Assembly: GCA_964016885.1 (NCBI GenBank)
Contig: OZ024756.1
Location: 37,076,001-37,140,000 of the forward strand
Reading direction: 5' to 3'
Length of the DNA: 64,000 nt
Source: Eledone cirrhosa
Taxonomy: Eukaryota
Part shown: positions 29,123 to 45,030 of the stretch, in pieces
Layout: each line of letters opens with the position of its first letter
How positions within the stretch are numbered: position 1 is the first letter of the stretch
Notes under the pieces: generated by a model
What the model saw: the letters and a program-made list of their open reading frames with translations, nothing else
The model's database searches: none
Told to the model about the DNA's origin: nothing
Program-made: the position numbers and the translations under genes

Positions 29123-29281
29123 ATAACGAAGGAAGTGTGGTAAGGAACCAGGTGGACCATAACGCACCAGAGTACTCGATGCTTACTAGTAGAGTGGGTA
29201 ATATGAAAAGGTTCAGACTTTCTGAGTCCAGAAATAGCTGTCGAAACGGCTTGAGCTCTGCTGTCGGGGTCCTTTTCATAT
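29123..29281. mobile_element. Family B copy: inverted tail joined to a forward HHR half
   Basis: Short arms atatgaaaagg/ccttttcatat; GAAACGGC..GCTGTC-GGGGT. Confidence 0.78.
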
Positions 29282-29449
29282 ATATATATATATGTGTGTG
29301 TGTGTGTTCAAATACACTATATACACACACTACATATTCATACAGTGGCGCTAACACACAAACACAGACACGTAAACACACACACACAACAGCAGCGACT
29401 CACGCACAATATATTTTAAAAGCCTTATAAAGATAGAAATATGCGGAAG

Positions 29450-31335
29450 CAGGGTGTTGGTGGTGGTGTGTGGTGGTGGTGGTGGTGTTAGTGTGTGGTG
29501 GTGGTGGTAGAGTTGGTGGAAGTGTGTGGTGGTGGTGGTGTGTAAGATGTGGTGGTGGTGTTGGTGATGGTGGTGTTAGTGTGTGGTGGAGGTGGTGGTG
29601 GTGGTGGTAGTGTGGGGGTGGTGGTAGTGGCGGTGGTGGTGGTGATTATGGTGGTGGTAGTGGTGGTGGTGGTGGTGGTAGTAGTAGTAGTTGTCTAGGG
29701 TGTTGGGGAGGATGTTGGTAACTAGGGAAGGGTTTAAGGAGGTGGTATAAGACAAATTAGGTTAGCTAGGGGCTGAATGATCCGGGTGGAAGGTAAGGGG
29801 TGTGAAAAAGGGGGTTAGAGGTATGTTAAAGAGATGAGACGGTCCGTAATTGGATAAGGGGAAACATTGACAACTGTAGAGGGGTGGGGAGTGAATAGGG
29901 GAGGCGGTTGTTGTTGTTGTTGTTGTTGATGTTGTCATTGTTACTGTTGTTGTTATTGTTGTTGCTGTTACTGTTGTTGTTACTGTTGTTGTTGTTATTG
30001 TTGTTGTTGTTATTGTTGTTACTGTTGTTGTTGTTACTGTTGTTGTTACTGTTGTTGTTGTTATTGTTGTTGTTCTTGTTGTTACTGTTGTTGTTACTGA
30101 TGTTGTTGTTATTGCTGTGGTTGTTGTTGTTGTTATTGCTGTGGTTGTTGTTGTTGTTATTGCTGTTGTTGTTGTTGTTTTTATTCTTATTGTTGCTGTT
30201 GTCAGAATTTTTATGATAATGATGATGAATGGCTTAATAGTGACGATAATGTCGAGGTGTTGACTGTTATGGTGATGGTGATGATGATGTCGGTGATGAT
30301 GATGTCGGTGATGATGGTGATGATGGTGATGATGGTGATGATGTCGGTGATGTCGGTGATGATGATGATGGTAAAGGAAATGAGTGTTGACGATTATGAT
30401 GATGATACTTATAATGATGACTGATAGACGGAGGAGAGGGGACGATGATGATGATGATAGTAATGGCGATTATAACAAAGACAATGCTGATGGCGATGAT
30501 GATGATGAGGGTGGAAGTGATGGCGATGATGATGATGAGGGTGGAAGTGATGGCGATGGCGACAATGTTTTGAAAAGTTATTTTTCTGCTCAGAAATAAA
30601 CAAATCTTGAAAATTAGTCGCCAAACGGGAAGATAGAAAACGAGATAATGGTGGTGGTGGTGGTGGTGGTGGTGGTGGTGGTGGTGGTGGTGGTGGTGGT
30701 GGTGGTGGTGGTAGAGCTGGTGGTGGTGCTGGTGGTGGTGGTGGTGGTGGCGGTGGTGGTGGTGGTGGTGGTGGTGGTGGTGGTGGTGGTGGCGGTGGTG
30801 GTGGTGGTGGTGGTGGTGGTGGTGGTGGTGGTGGTGGTAGAGCTGGTGGTGGTGCTGGTGGTGGTGGTGGTGGTGGCGGTGGTGGTGGTGGTGGTGGTGG
30901 TGGTGGTGGTAGAGCTGGTGGTGGTGCTGGTGGTGGTGGTGGTGGTGGCGGTGGTGGTGGTGGTGGTGGTGGTGGTAGAGCTGGTGGTGGTGCTGGTGGT
31001 GGTGGTGGTGGCGGTGGTGGTGGTGGTGGTGGTGGTGGTAGAGCTGGTGGTGGTGGTGGTGGTGGTGGTAGTGGTGGTGGTGGTGGTGGTGGTGGTGGTG
31101 GTGGTAGAGCTGGTGGTGGTGCTGGTGGTGGTGGTGGTGGTGGTGGTGGTGGCGGTGGTGGTGGTGGTGGTGGTGGTGGTGGTGGTGGTGGTGGTGGTGG
31201 TGGTAGAGCTGGTGGTGGTGCTGGTGGTGGTGGTGGTGGTGGCGGTGGTGGTGGTGGTGGTGGTGGTGGTGGTGGTAGAGCTGGTGGTGGTGGTGGTGGT
31301 GGTGGTAGTAGAGCTGGTGGTGGTGGTGGTGGGAT
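29450..31335. repeat. (GGT)n, (GTT)n and (GAT)n arrays
   Basis: Direct reading; 30648-31330 is (GGT)n punctuated by AGAGCT. Confidence 0.95.
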
Positions 31336-31337
31336 AT

Positions 31338-31530
31338 AATTCTTTCTACTTTTTGGCACAAGGCCAGCAATTACCCTAGTGTATTACTGGTACTTTATTT
31401 TATCGACCCCGTAGGGATGAAAGGCAAAGTTAACCTCGACGGGATTTGAACTCAGAAGGTCAAGGGCCGTAACTCTATGCGTCAAAGCATGGCATCCGAC
31501 CCTCTACCGATACTGCCAATCCACCGCCCT
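31338..31530 (-). mobile_element. tRNA-derived SINE with target-site duplication
   Basis: tggtggtgggatataat at 31324-31340 and 31532-31548. Confidence 0.92.
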
Positions 31531-31632
31531 TTGGTGGTGGGATATAATGACACACAGACACGTGTGTGTATATACATAGTTATAGTGATACACTGGGACA
31601 TGTGTGCCCAACTATATACATCAAAGACTCAC

Positions 31633-31694
<62 letters not shown>

Positions 31695-31828
31695 AATACA
31701 TGTGGCGTGCGTAGGGACACACGTGACATGCATATAGATATACATGGAACGTATATTATCCGTGTATACATACATCTATGTCCACTTTCTTATGTATGTT
31801 TGTATACACACATTATTTCTATGTTATT

Positions 31829-32015
<187 letters not shown>

Positions 32016-32039
32016 CATATATATATATATGTATATATA

Positions 32040-32095
<56 letters not shown>

Positions 32096-32118
32096 CATAC
32101 ATACACACACACACACAC

Positions 32119-32158
<40 letters not shown>

Positions 32159-32267
32159 AATTCGGGATTCCGATTTATTCTATACGAGTGTGGCTCAATG
32201 TGTGTGTGTGTGTATGCGTATACCCGTCTGTGTATATTTGTGAATGTATATATGCGTGTGTACGAGT

Positions 32268-32315
<48 letters not shown>

Positions 32316-32479
32316 GTGTGTGTGTTGAATCTCTGATGGTTCCAACGAAGGATTTCCCAGTTGTTCAAACAACAGAAAAACTTACTTTTACTCATAGACT
32401 TAACCTACGTCCATTCCACAGACACGTGGATTCTTAACTCTTCTAGTACTCGGAGAAACACAACGTGACAGAGTTTGTC

Positions 32480-32629
32480 CTTTGTAACAAAGATGTCAGC
32501 CATGTTTGCTATCTACGTTGATTAGAACAATATATGATAAACCATCTTACAGAAGATCTTAAGGTGTCGCTGGACATCGAACTCAAAACCTTACGATCGT
32601 GAGACGAACAATCTACCCACTAAGCCAAG
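32480..32629 (-). mobile_element. Second tRNA-derived SINE family, diverged
   Basis: Minus strand TGGCTTAGTGG..GAGTTCGA A/B boxes. Confidence 0.55.
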
Positions 32630-32914
32630 TTTGTGTGTGTATGTGTGTGGGTTTGTGCGTGTTTATGTGTGTGTATGTGTGTGTGTGAATGTGTGTACGT
32701 GTGTATGTTTGCATGTGTGTGTGTGTTTATATATATATATATACATGTGTTATATGTTTATATGTGCGTGTGTGTGTGTGTGTCTTTGTGTTTGTATGTG
32801 CGTGTATGCATGTGTATGTGTGTACATTTACATGTGGGCGTACGTGTGCACGTGTGTGTGTGTATGTTTACGTATTTGTATGTGTATGTGCGTGTGTGTG
32901 TGTATGTGTGTGTA

Positions 32915-32945
<31 letters not shown>

Positions 32946-33066
32946 GTGTATGTGTGTGTGTGTGTATGTGTATGTGTATATGTGTATATGTTTACCCCAG
33001 TGTACCCGCAAATCCTTCGTATAACCCAGAACTAACTAACCATTGAAGTATTGTTAAGTATGTGTG

Positions 33067-33180
<114 letters not shown>

Positions 33181-33467
33181 TAGATAGATAGATAGATAGA
33201 TATACATATATATATATATATACCGGTCTGTGCATATTAATGAATGTATATATGCGTGTGTGTGCATGTTTGTGAGCATAAGTGTATGCATGTGTGCATA
33301 TTAGTGCATACATGTGTGTATGTGAGTGCATACATGTGTGTATGTGTATGCATATGACTGTATGCATGTGTGTATGTGTGTAATTAAAAATGGGCGTCTT
33401 TTGTTAAAATTCATGAATGTTAATAAATTACAGCTGAAGTTGTGACTATTTAAAGGGGAAGAATATG

Positions 33468-33781
<314 letters not shown>

Positions 33782-33787
33782 GATATG

Positions 33788-33819
<32 letters not shown>

Positions 33820-34045
33820 TATGAGTGTGTGTGGATGTATATATAAGTTGCTGGATTTACCTCTCTCTATGCACACACACACACATATATATATATATAC
33901 ATATATACATATATATATACATATTCGCGTATTCATATGTTTTTAGGTTTATATTTTGTATTAAAAGTACAGTGATTATGTGTGAATATATACGTGAAAA
34001 TAATAATCGCATGTACATATATATGTTTATATATATATATATATG

Positions 34046-34080
<35 letters not shown>

Positions 34081-34085
34081 GAGTA

Positions 34086-34146
<61 letters not shown>

Positions 34147-34169
34147 ATATATATGTACATTTATATGTT

Positions 34170-34225
<56 letters not shown>

Positions 34226-34258
34226 CGTGAATACATATGTAAATATGTATGCATGTAT

Positions 34259-34314
<56 letters not shown>

Positions 34315-34787
34315 ATATGTATGTTTGCATATATACAGAAGGTGACAAGAGTAATTACAGAATCAGCATAGAACAACATAATTTAATTGGATGTTAGTGT
34401 GATGGTGGCGGAGGAGTGGTTGTGTGGTGGTGTGGTGGTGGTGGTGAGGGGTGGGGGGTAGCCTTATGATGGCGGGTGTGTTGTTTTGGTGGTGGTGGTG
34501 GTGGTAGCGCTGGTACGGCAGTATATGTCGCCTGGTAGTGAATGTATGTGTAATAGTGAGGTGAGGTTCGTAGTTTGAAGATGTGAGATAGGTTTTGGTG
34601 GTGTGGGTGGTAGTGTTGAGGTGTGGGTGGTAGTTTTTGTGGTGTGGGTGGTAGTGTCGAGGTGTGGGTTATGACAGATATGATAGAGGTACGAATTAAT
34701 GGGTAGCTACTTTGAAATGGGGTGGAGGCGTCGGGTGGATGTTATTTATAGAAGACTAAATGGTGCTGGTACATATTGTTCATTTTA

Positions 34788-35020
34788 TCAGTGGGGCCGA
34801 TATAATTGACTTTCCTTTCCCCTAAAATTTCAGGTCTTGTCCCAAATTTAACAACCATTAAGGGTGGTTGATTGGCAGAATCGTTAGAGCTTCTGACAAA
34901 TGCTCAGTAGTATATTGTTTTGGCGCTTTACGTTCTGAGGTCAAATCCCGCGATGTCAACTTAGCCTTTCATCCTCCCGAGGTCAATAAACTAAAGTACT
35001 TGTCTCGGTACTCTAGGGTA
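34788..35020 (+). mobile_element. Diverged SINE 3' part followed by a SINE 5' part
   Basis: tggcagaatcgttagagc..ggtcaaatcccg..gcctttcatcct. Confidence 0.75.
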
Positions 35021-35304
35021 TCGAACAATCGCACACCAACTCCACCCCGCTGATTAAATGTTGTTACTCTATCTCAAAGATGCTACCTCTTAAAATTATA
35101 TTGTAAGTGGTAGCATCCCTGCGATAATTAATTTTCTTTAGACATTAAAATTCATTATACAAAAAATATATATACATATGACAAAAAATGAACATTAAAA
35201 GAAATCTTACACGTTATGAAATAAATAGGAGGATTTGGAGTTTCAATGTGTAAACTAAACAACTAATTCTGGTTTTAAAAAAAAATATAGACGTGAAAAA
35301 CAAT

Positions 35305-35635
35305 CACTACAGCAACAGCAACAACAACAACAACAACAACAACAGCAACTCTAACAATGATATAAATAAGAAAAAATAGCTACAACAACAACAATGACAA
35401 CAAAAACAACAACAACAACAGCAGCAACGAGAACAACAAAAACACAAACAACAACATAGATGAGAAAAACAATAGCTACAACAACAACAACAACAACAAC
35501 AATAACAGCAGCAGCAGCGAGAACAACAACAACAACACTAGCAATAACATAAATGAGAAAAACAATAACTGCAACAACAACAACAACAGCAGCAAGAACA
35601 ACAACAACAACAACAGCAGCAAAAACAACAACAAC
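35305..35635. repeat. (CAA/CAG)n array
   Basis: Direct reading. Confidence 0.9.
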
Positions 35636-36095
35636 ATATGTTTATTATAGATGATAAAAGTTCAAGGTTATCAACATCTAAGAAATATCTCCCCTCGCAG
35701 ACACCTTAATTACACACCTTACCTGCCCACCTACCCATCTACCCATCTATCTACCTACATAGCTACCTACGTACATGTCTATCTACCTGGCTTGTGGAAC
35801 AGCATCAGAAATCACTAAGACCACCAGACAACCACAACCCTAGCCACTAATAGCACACCAACACCGCTACCATCACCATTACAAGCACCACCACCAGCAA
35901 CACCGCCACCACCACCACCACCAACAGCACCAACAGCACCATCACTACCACCAACACCATCAACACCAGCAACACCTGTTAACCAAACTCTGTTGGATTT
36001 CTGCCAATCACACACCTGAGTTTTGAGGTAGACAACCACACAATAATTCAGCCGACAGATGAATATAACTGCGCATGAAAATAATGCTTACCTTC

Positions 36096-36175
<80 letters not shown>

Positions 36176-36383
36176 GGATTTTAATGGATACAGTTTAGTT
36201 AAAAGGAATTTATTGACACGTGTTTCTATAACAGTTACATAACCTGAAAACAGCTGCTATCTACAAAGTATTAGTTATGCAGACATTCAATATTTCAATT
36301 ATATTACAACACTACGGAAAATACTGTATACATATATATATATATATATATATAGTTGAACGTAAGCACTATATATATATCTA

Positions 36384-36450
<67 letters not shown>

Positions 36451-36456
<6 letters not shown>

Positions 36457-36545
36457 ATAATAATAAATTTGAAGACTAAAATCCAAAGAGGGCTCGATAA
36501 GGATAAATATATATCAAATATATAACAACGGCGGGAATTTATATT
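36451..36545 (-). mobile_element. Family C fragment
   Basis: Matches 5271-5360. Confidence 0.75.
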
Positions 36546-36817
36546 AGAACCCAATATAATTCATATATAGATATGAATTAATAAAAACATATTTAAATTT
36601 ATTGAGCGCTTTAGTAAAATTTTCCACGGGAAATATATTCTTCTTGTTTGTATTTGAGAAATATCTATCATGATGATAGCGCCCACCCGCCTTTAATGTT
36701 TAAGTCAAGAATTGGTATCTCAGTGAGATCTGTAAAAAAAAAAAAAAAAGAAGAAAATTGATAAATTTGGAACTGACATTTTAACACAATTTATGTTATA
36801 GAGTTGTTGAATATATT

Positions 36818-37529
<712 letters not shown>

Positions 37530-37534
<5 letters not shown>

Positions 37535-37606
37535 TGTCCCCCAAAAAAACTATACACACTTTTATTAGAATGCTATTGAAGTGTGTATACAATTTTGGCA
37601 GACACC

Positions 37607-37609
<3 letters not shown>
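37530..37609. mobile_element. 80-bp Tc1/mariner-type MITE
   Basis: Ends cagagtgtcc../..gacaccctg, near-palindromic body; second copy at 39449-39533. Confidence 0.65.
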
Positions 37610-37662
<53 letters not shown>

Positions 37663-37723
37663 GCTATATATATATATATATATATATATATAGCCTGCTT
37701 TGTCTATCCCTATTTATACACAA

Positions 37724-37903
<180 letters not shown>

Positions 37904-38347
37904 GTGTGTGTTTGTATGATATAATATCCAACGGGTTTGTTTTGATGCCTCCCACGCTTTAAATATATTATTTTTATTACACTTTCTTCTCACCCCTGGG
38001 TACCGTTTAATCGGATTTGCTTTAATTTTAAATTAATTTTACTTTACTATTTTTTTTCTTTTTGTTTAAAATATGGTGGATTTTTTTTTTATTGTGTTAT
38101 TTATTCGTTTATTTATTTGTTCGTCTGATAATGTCCTGGCTTCTTCCCTTCTTCCCATCCTTCCACCCATTTCCACCATCGTAATCTGCATCCGACTTAC
38201 AATCTGCTACTTGCAGACGATAGGAATGTCTTTGCCCACACTTTGCTGATTAGCACAAAACAAAATGTTTCTTCACTCATGCCAAACCCACCCACCCACT
38301 CACACAAACACACAAATGCACACACACACACGCACACATGCACACAC

Positions 38348-38391
<44 letters not shown>

Positions 38392-38393
38392 AA

Positions 38394-38450
<57 letters not shown>

Positions 38451-38599
38451 ATATATAGAGAGAGAGAGAATGAGAGAAAGAGAGAGACAGAGAGGGGAAA
38501 AAGAGACGTACAAACATAGATGCATAATATATATATATATATATATACGTGTATGTATATATATATATATAATATATATATATGTACGTGTATGTATAT

Positions 38600-38678
<79 letters not shown>

Positions 38679-38696
38679 GTACATATATATATACAC

Positions 38697-38755
<59 letters not shown>

Positions 38756-39184
38756 CACGTACATTCAAACATACATACATACATCATTTATGTATATACT
38801 GACATTTTTGTATATACCACAACGACGACATCAACAACATCAACAAGCGATCAACGAACATCCGAGTGACCTTGTTTATATAGAAAGTGTGAGTAAACAG
38901 AGGAAGGCAGCCATTTCTATTTATCACTGATAAAATGCAGGACCGGATTAAACTTTAAACTATAAAGAAAAGGAAATATGACAAAACGAAGGAATATAAT
39001 TTACGTTGAACTTGTCCGACTTCTCTTTTATATCTTTTGGCGGGTTTCTTGGTGATTTTCTCTTCTTTTTGCCGTTTCCTCTTTCTTTTTTCTTCCATTC
39101 TGTAAGGCCTTTATAATTATCGTCTGCCAAATAACGTTCTGACCTTCACTGACCTTCACAGTAATACTTGCACACTTATTACAC

Positions 39185-39335
39185 GTAGATTTGCAGAATC
39201 GTTAAAGCATCGACAGATATGCTTTGTGACGTCACGTCTATTCCAGTTCTTTACGCCCTGAGTTCGAAACACGCCGAGGTCAACTTTTTTTTCTTTCATC
39301 CTTTCAGCTGTCAATAAAATGATATACCGGTTGAG
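39185..39335 (+). mobile_element. Diverged SINE
   Basis: gcagaatcgttaaagc..gagttcgaaacacgccgaggtcaac. Confidence 0.7.
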
Positions 39336-39448
39336 TCATAGATAATACCATACCTGGAAACAAAATGGACGTGATGATCATAGACAAAATATCTTTGATT
39401 ATACGGTTGGACATCAGGCTAAATAGTAACGATAGCAACAGAACAAAA

Positions 39449-39533
39449 CAGACAGTGTCCCCACAAAAAATATATACACACTTTCATTAGAATGCTGTTG
39501 AAAATGTGGATACATTTTTTTGGGGACGCTCTG
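39449..39533. mobile_element. Tc1/mariner-type MITE, second copy
   Basis: Shares tatacacactt..attagaatgct.ttgaa with 37530-37609. Confidence 0.65.
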
Positions 39534-39536
39534 TGT

Positions 39537-39570
<34 letters not shown>

Positions 39571-39573
<3 letters not shown>

Positions 39574-39745
39574 TTTACCCCGGGTTCAATCGGGGGGTAA
39601 CCACAGCAAATAAGGTACTCAATACAAAGCAGAGTATAAATATTTAATATAGAAAAGGCTTCTACAGGAATAGAACTCATATTACTTGGACAGTCAGCTT
39701 CCTGATGATTTCTCCCGAATGAAACAGTTTTAGTCCTGTAAATAT

Positions 39746-39748
<3 letters not shown>
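39571..39748. mobile_element. Family A diverged copy (inverted tail plus forward HHR)
   Basis: CTGATGA-tttctcccgaat-GAAACAG..CTGTA at 39702-39740. Confidence 0.75.
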
Positions 39749-39820
<72 letters not shown>

Positions 39821-39827
39821 GTATATA

Positions 39828-39957
<130 letters not shown>

Positions 39958-40318
39958 TACACACACGCTTAAGCAACACATAATAACTCATACACATGAG
40001 GACGTTACACATACATACATAAATATGCAAACATACTTAGATAAACATAAAAAACACGCATACACACACATATACACACACACATAATGAAACATGCTTA
40101 GATAGACACACCAACATATACATGTGCAAATACACACATAGCAACACAAAGACACATATATACATTAGACGCCCCCACCCCCCCCCCTTATGTTATCTCT
40201 GTCACATGACGGAAGTTGGAGAGATAAGTACCAGCTTTTCTTCCTCTTAATTCATGCCAATGTCCGACTTTCAATCCTTCATATAAATGCATGTATATAT
40301 ATATATATGTATATATAT

Positions 40319-40368
<50 letters not shown>

Positions 40369-40382
40369 GTATATATTTATTC

Positions 40383-40418
<36 letters not shown>

Positions 40419-40429
40419 ATATATATTTA

Positions 40430-40558
<129 letters not shown>

Positions 40559-40564
40559 TTATTC

Positions 40565-40598
<34 letters not shown>

Positions 40599-40656
40599 AT
40601 ATATATATACATATATTTATATATTTATATCTATATTTATTTATTCATATATATAT

Positions 40657-40739
<83 letters not shown>

Positions 40740-40926
40740 TAATATATATATATATCGTATATGTACATATACACACACACACACACACACATACGTACGC
40801 TAGTGTGCGTTTCTTTGTGACAGTCTTTGTGAGTTTCTCTCTTTGTAGGGAAACGTTGGAAGTAATATGCAATCTCTCTATCTATTTATACCCCATCCTC
40901 TAATAGCAATCCTACACACACACACA

Positions 40927-41001
<75 letters not shown>

Positions 41002-41283
41002 ACACACACACACACACACGCACGCACACACACACACACACACAGACATATATATATATATGTAGAAGTTGTATTTAATTTGTTTGGAAGTCCGACAAAC
41101 ATCAATGTTTATAACTGATTTAGAGCACTCAACAAATTATTGGAGTAAATATTCTATGATATTAAATAAATGGAAACTATATTTATAAAACCATATTTAT
41201 TTTATTATATATTTTTCAAGGGCAATTCCAACCGATAAGGTATGATTTTCATGGGTATGTCTCTATTTATAAAACAAACTTTG

Positions 41284-41348
41284 TATTTTATCTGATGAAA
41301 GCGCATCAATGGTGTCTTGGTTGCCCTTGAAATATATATAATAAAATA
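41284..41348 (+). ncRNA. Minimal type I hammerhead
   Basis: TATTTTAT-CTGATGA-AAGCGCA..TGCCCTT-GAAA-TATATATA-ATAAAATA: stem I 8 bp, palindromic stem III, AUA site. Confidence 0.7.
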
Positions 41349-42328
41349 AATATGGTATATATAATAAAATAAATATGGTATATATAATAAAATAAATATG
41401 GTATATATAATAAAATAAATATGGTATATATAATAAAATAAATATGGTATATATAATAAAATAAATATGGTATATATAATAAAATAAATATGGTATATAT
41501 AATAAAATAAATATGGTATATATAATAAAATAAATATGGTATATATAATAAAATAAATATGGTATATATAATAAAATAAATATGGTATATATAATAAAAT
41601 AAATATGGTATATATAATAAAATAAATATGGTATATATAATAAAATAAATATGGTATATATAATAAAATAAATATGGTATATATAATAAAATAAATATGG
41701 TATATATAATAAAATAAATATGGAAATATATATAATAAAATAAATATGGTATATATAATAAAATAAATATGGAAATATATATAATAAAATAAATATGGTA
41801 TATATAATAAAATAAATATGGAAATATATATAATAAAATAAATATGGTATATATAATAAAATAAATATGGAAATATATATAATAAAATAAATATGGTATA
41901 TATAATAAAATAAATATGGTATATATAATAAAATAAATATGGAAATATATATAATAAAATAAATATGGTATATATAATAAAATAAATATGGAAATATATA
42001 TAATAAAATAAATATGGTATATATAATAAAATAAATATGGTATATATAATAAAATAAATATGGAAATATATATAATAAAATAAATATGGTATATATAATA
42101 AAATAAATATGGTATATATAATAAAATAAATATGGAAATATATATAATAAAATAAATATGGTATATATAATAAAATAAATATGGAAATATATATAATAAA
42201 ATAAATATGGTATATATAATAAAATAAATATGGTATATATAATAAAATAAATATGGAAATATATATAATAAAATAAATACGGTATATATAATAAAATAAA
42301 TATGGAAATATATATAATAAAATAAATA
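41341..42328. repeat. 23/26-bp minisatellite, about 40 units
   Basis: ataaaataaatatggtatatata and ataaaataaatatggaaatatatata. Confidence 0.97.
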
Positions 42329-42396
42329 TAGTTTCCATTTATTTAATATCATGGTATATATAAATATATATATTTAATGTATATATATGTGTATAA

Positions 42397-42713
42397 AATC
42401 GCTGGGCAGATTTTATGGGCAAAATCAACCGGCAGGAGACCCAGGGTGAGACGCCGAGCAAGATGGTTGGATAATATCCATGAGATTGGCTGGTCACACT
42501 TGTGGAGATCCGGATCAGTTGGAGATGGTTGATTCTGTCAGGACCCGCTGGTGGGAATGTTTGTTGACTCTGCCCACCACGACCCTCTCAGGAATAGGTG
42601 GGCGAAGAAGAAGAAGAAGAAGAAGAAGAAGAAGAAGAAGAAGAAGAAGAAGAAGAAGAAGAAGAAGAAGAAGAAGAAGAAGAAGAAGAAGAAGAAGAAG
42701 AAGAAGAAGAAGA
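42397..42713 (+). mobile_element. RTE-like LINE 3' end with (GAA)n tail
   Basis: QILWAKSTGRRPRVRRRARWLDNI followed by a short UTR and (GAA)n. Confidence 0.7.
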
Positions 42714-43109
42714 TCTCTGTATGTGCCTTTGTCTGTGCCTTTGTTTTTGTGAACAAAGGCAAATGCAATATATACAAGAAACCAGAGTACTCAATACCGG
42801 GTTGGTAGATTTAAATTGGGTAATACAATCAACTATTAGGATCTGTTGCTTGTATTATGTATTAGGCAATACTCTCATCAGATTATTCTAGAAATCCAAA
42901 AGACTCTTGGTTCTTCGTTGTAAAGGTGGAATATTTTAAATGAAATTTGATCAGTTCGCGTGATAAGGAAAGACAACCGTAAAATAAAAAGAAGGTGATA
43001 ATTCGGATTTTCAGCCCAGTCATTTATCTCCCTTTACTTAACATACATTTAGGTAGAAAGTTAGAAAATAGTAAAGAGATAAATAGGAAGAAATGAAAAG
43101 AGAAAGAGA

Positions 43110-43670
43110 TTGTTAGGATAGATAAAATTCACGAACTTACACATTTAGAGATAATTAAGCTTACTGAGATAAACATCCTAAACACGAATGCCATCATATA
43201 GAGAAAACCCAGAATCACACTGGAAGTAAGCTGTTCTTGCAGAAACACCATTGTTGCCCATTGAACGGATTCCGCAATGTTTAAGCCGTTACATACCAAA
43301 CAGAATTTGAGCATTTATACCACATATCGAAACATGCCACCAGACTTTCCAACTACATATGGACTTCGAAAGACTACTGCCAAATACAGACACAAAATGC
43401 TAGGCTGAAGAAAGGTTAAAGAACCAAGAATCTGTTGTAAACCAAGCAGAATTTGAGCATTTAAACCACAACTAAGGCAATGCCATTAAACAACATATAT
43501 AGTAAGGACCAAAGGAAATTTTATGACTATTGTAAACGACTAATTTCAGTTACATCGGAACACGCCACTAGTCTTTCCAGCTACTTATGGATTTAGAAAG
43601 ACTAGCGCCAATTACAGACACAAAAATACTAGGCTGAAGAAAGTTTTAAGTGCCATGAATCTGTTGTAGT
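43110..43670 (+). pseudogene. Decayed Penelope-like element Cys-linker/GIY-YIG endonuclease region, partly duplicated
   Basis: Frameshifted CSCRN..CCPLNGF, YIVRTKGNFMT and KHATRLSNYIWTSKD resemble the PLE motifs CxCR..CPLxGxC, YIG.T...FK.R and T.LS.YIW.LK. Confidence 0.6.
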
Positions 43671-43994
43671 GTATGACAGCGTATAGGGATTTCACACCCA
43701 TGGAGAATAGATGTCGAAAAGTTACAAGTTTGATTCTTTCTTTAGTTGTCTGTCTTTTGTTTCCTGTTTTGTCATGTGGTTCATTATTTTTCTGTCTGAT
43801 TATAATCTTCGGTCCATCTATCCATCTACCTAACTATCTGCCTGGGTAGCTGGTTGGTTGGTTGGCTGTTTATCTCCCAGTCATGTCTGTCTGTGTGTCT
43901 ATGTCTCGTTCTACAGACTGTCACACATGGTTTATCTTATCTTTCACATCAAGGAATGGAAAAGAGAAAAAGATGTAAAAAAAAGATAGAGAAA

Positions 43995-44787
43995 TGATAG
44001 TGGTGGTGGTGGTGGTGGTTGTAGTAGTAGTGGTAACAGTAGTGGTTGGGGTTGTAGTGCTAGTGGTGGTTGTAGTGGTAGTGGTGGTGGTGGTGGTGTG
44101 GTGGTGGTGGGGTGGTTGTAGTAGTAGTGGTAACAGTAGTGGCTGTAGTGTTAGTAGGGGGGTGTAGTGGTAGTGGTGGTGGTGGTGGTTGTAGTAGTGG
44201 TAGTGGTGGTGGTTGTAGCGTGGTAGTGGTGGTTGTAGTGGTGGTAATGGTGGTGGTGGTGGTGGTGGTGGTTGTAGTGGTGGTGTTGGTGGTGATATTT
44301 GGACAAAGAAAGGATAAGCAAGAAAGAGAGAAAGTGAGAGAAGCGAGGATAGAAGAGAGATGGAGAGAAGAGAGAGAGGAGGATAGGAAAAGGGGGAGAG
44401 AAGAAAGAGAGGAGGAGAGACGAGAGAAAGGGGGAAAGAGAGCGAGTGAGGAGCAGGCCGAGTGTTAAAGATGGCTAAAGATAGATAGATGAAAGGGAGA
44501 TTCAGAAAGTGGGATTGTGAGAGAGGAAGGGATAAGAGAGAGAGAGAGGGAGAGAGAGAGGGAGAGACGTAGAGAGAGAGAGAAGAGTGCCAAAGATAGT
44601 TTAAGATAAAAGAGAGATATAGAGAGTGAGATTGAGATAGAGGAGGAAGACGAGGGGAGAAAGGGGGGGGGAGAGACAGGCAGACGTAGAGAGAGAGAGA
44701 GAGAGGGGGGAGAGAGAAGAGTGCCAAAGATAGTTCAAGATAAAAGAGAGATATAGAGAGTGAGATTGAGATAGAGAAGGAAAAGGA

Positions 44788-44852
<65 letters not shown>

Positions 44853-44955
44853 GAGAAAGAAAGTGTGAAAAGAAGAGAGGGGGAGTGAAACGAAATACAT
44901 AAACCGGAAATTAATTTACTAAAAATCAGATGAGATAAACAGAAAGAATGCGTAT

Positions 44956-45030
<75 letters not shown>

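Larger units (their letters stand above)
41156..42352 (+). mobile_element. Family D HHR element with inverted ends and an internal satellite
   Basis: 31-bp terminal inversion 41156-41186/42322-42352; unexpanded relative at 48375-48485. Confidence 0.75.

Noticed and set aside
36210-36295. Minus-strand GAAACACGTGTC half-hammerhead
   Set aside because: CUGANGA core not recognisable
41205-42352. 348-377 aa hydrophobic ORFs
   Set aside because: Translations of the 23/26-bp satellite
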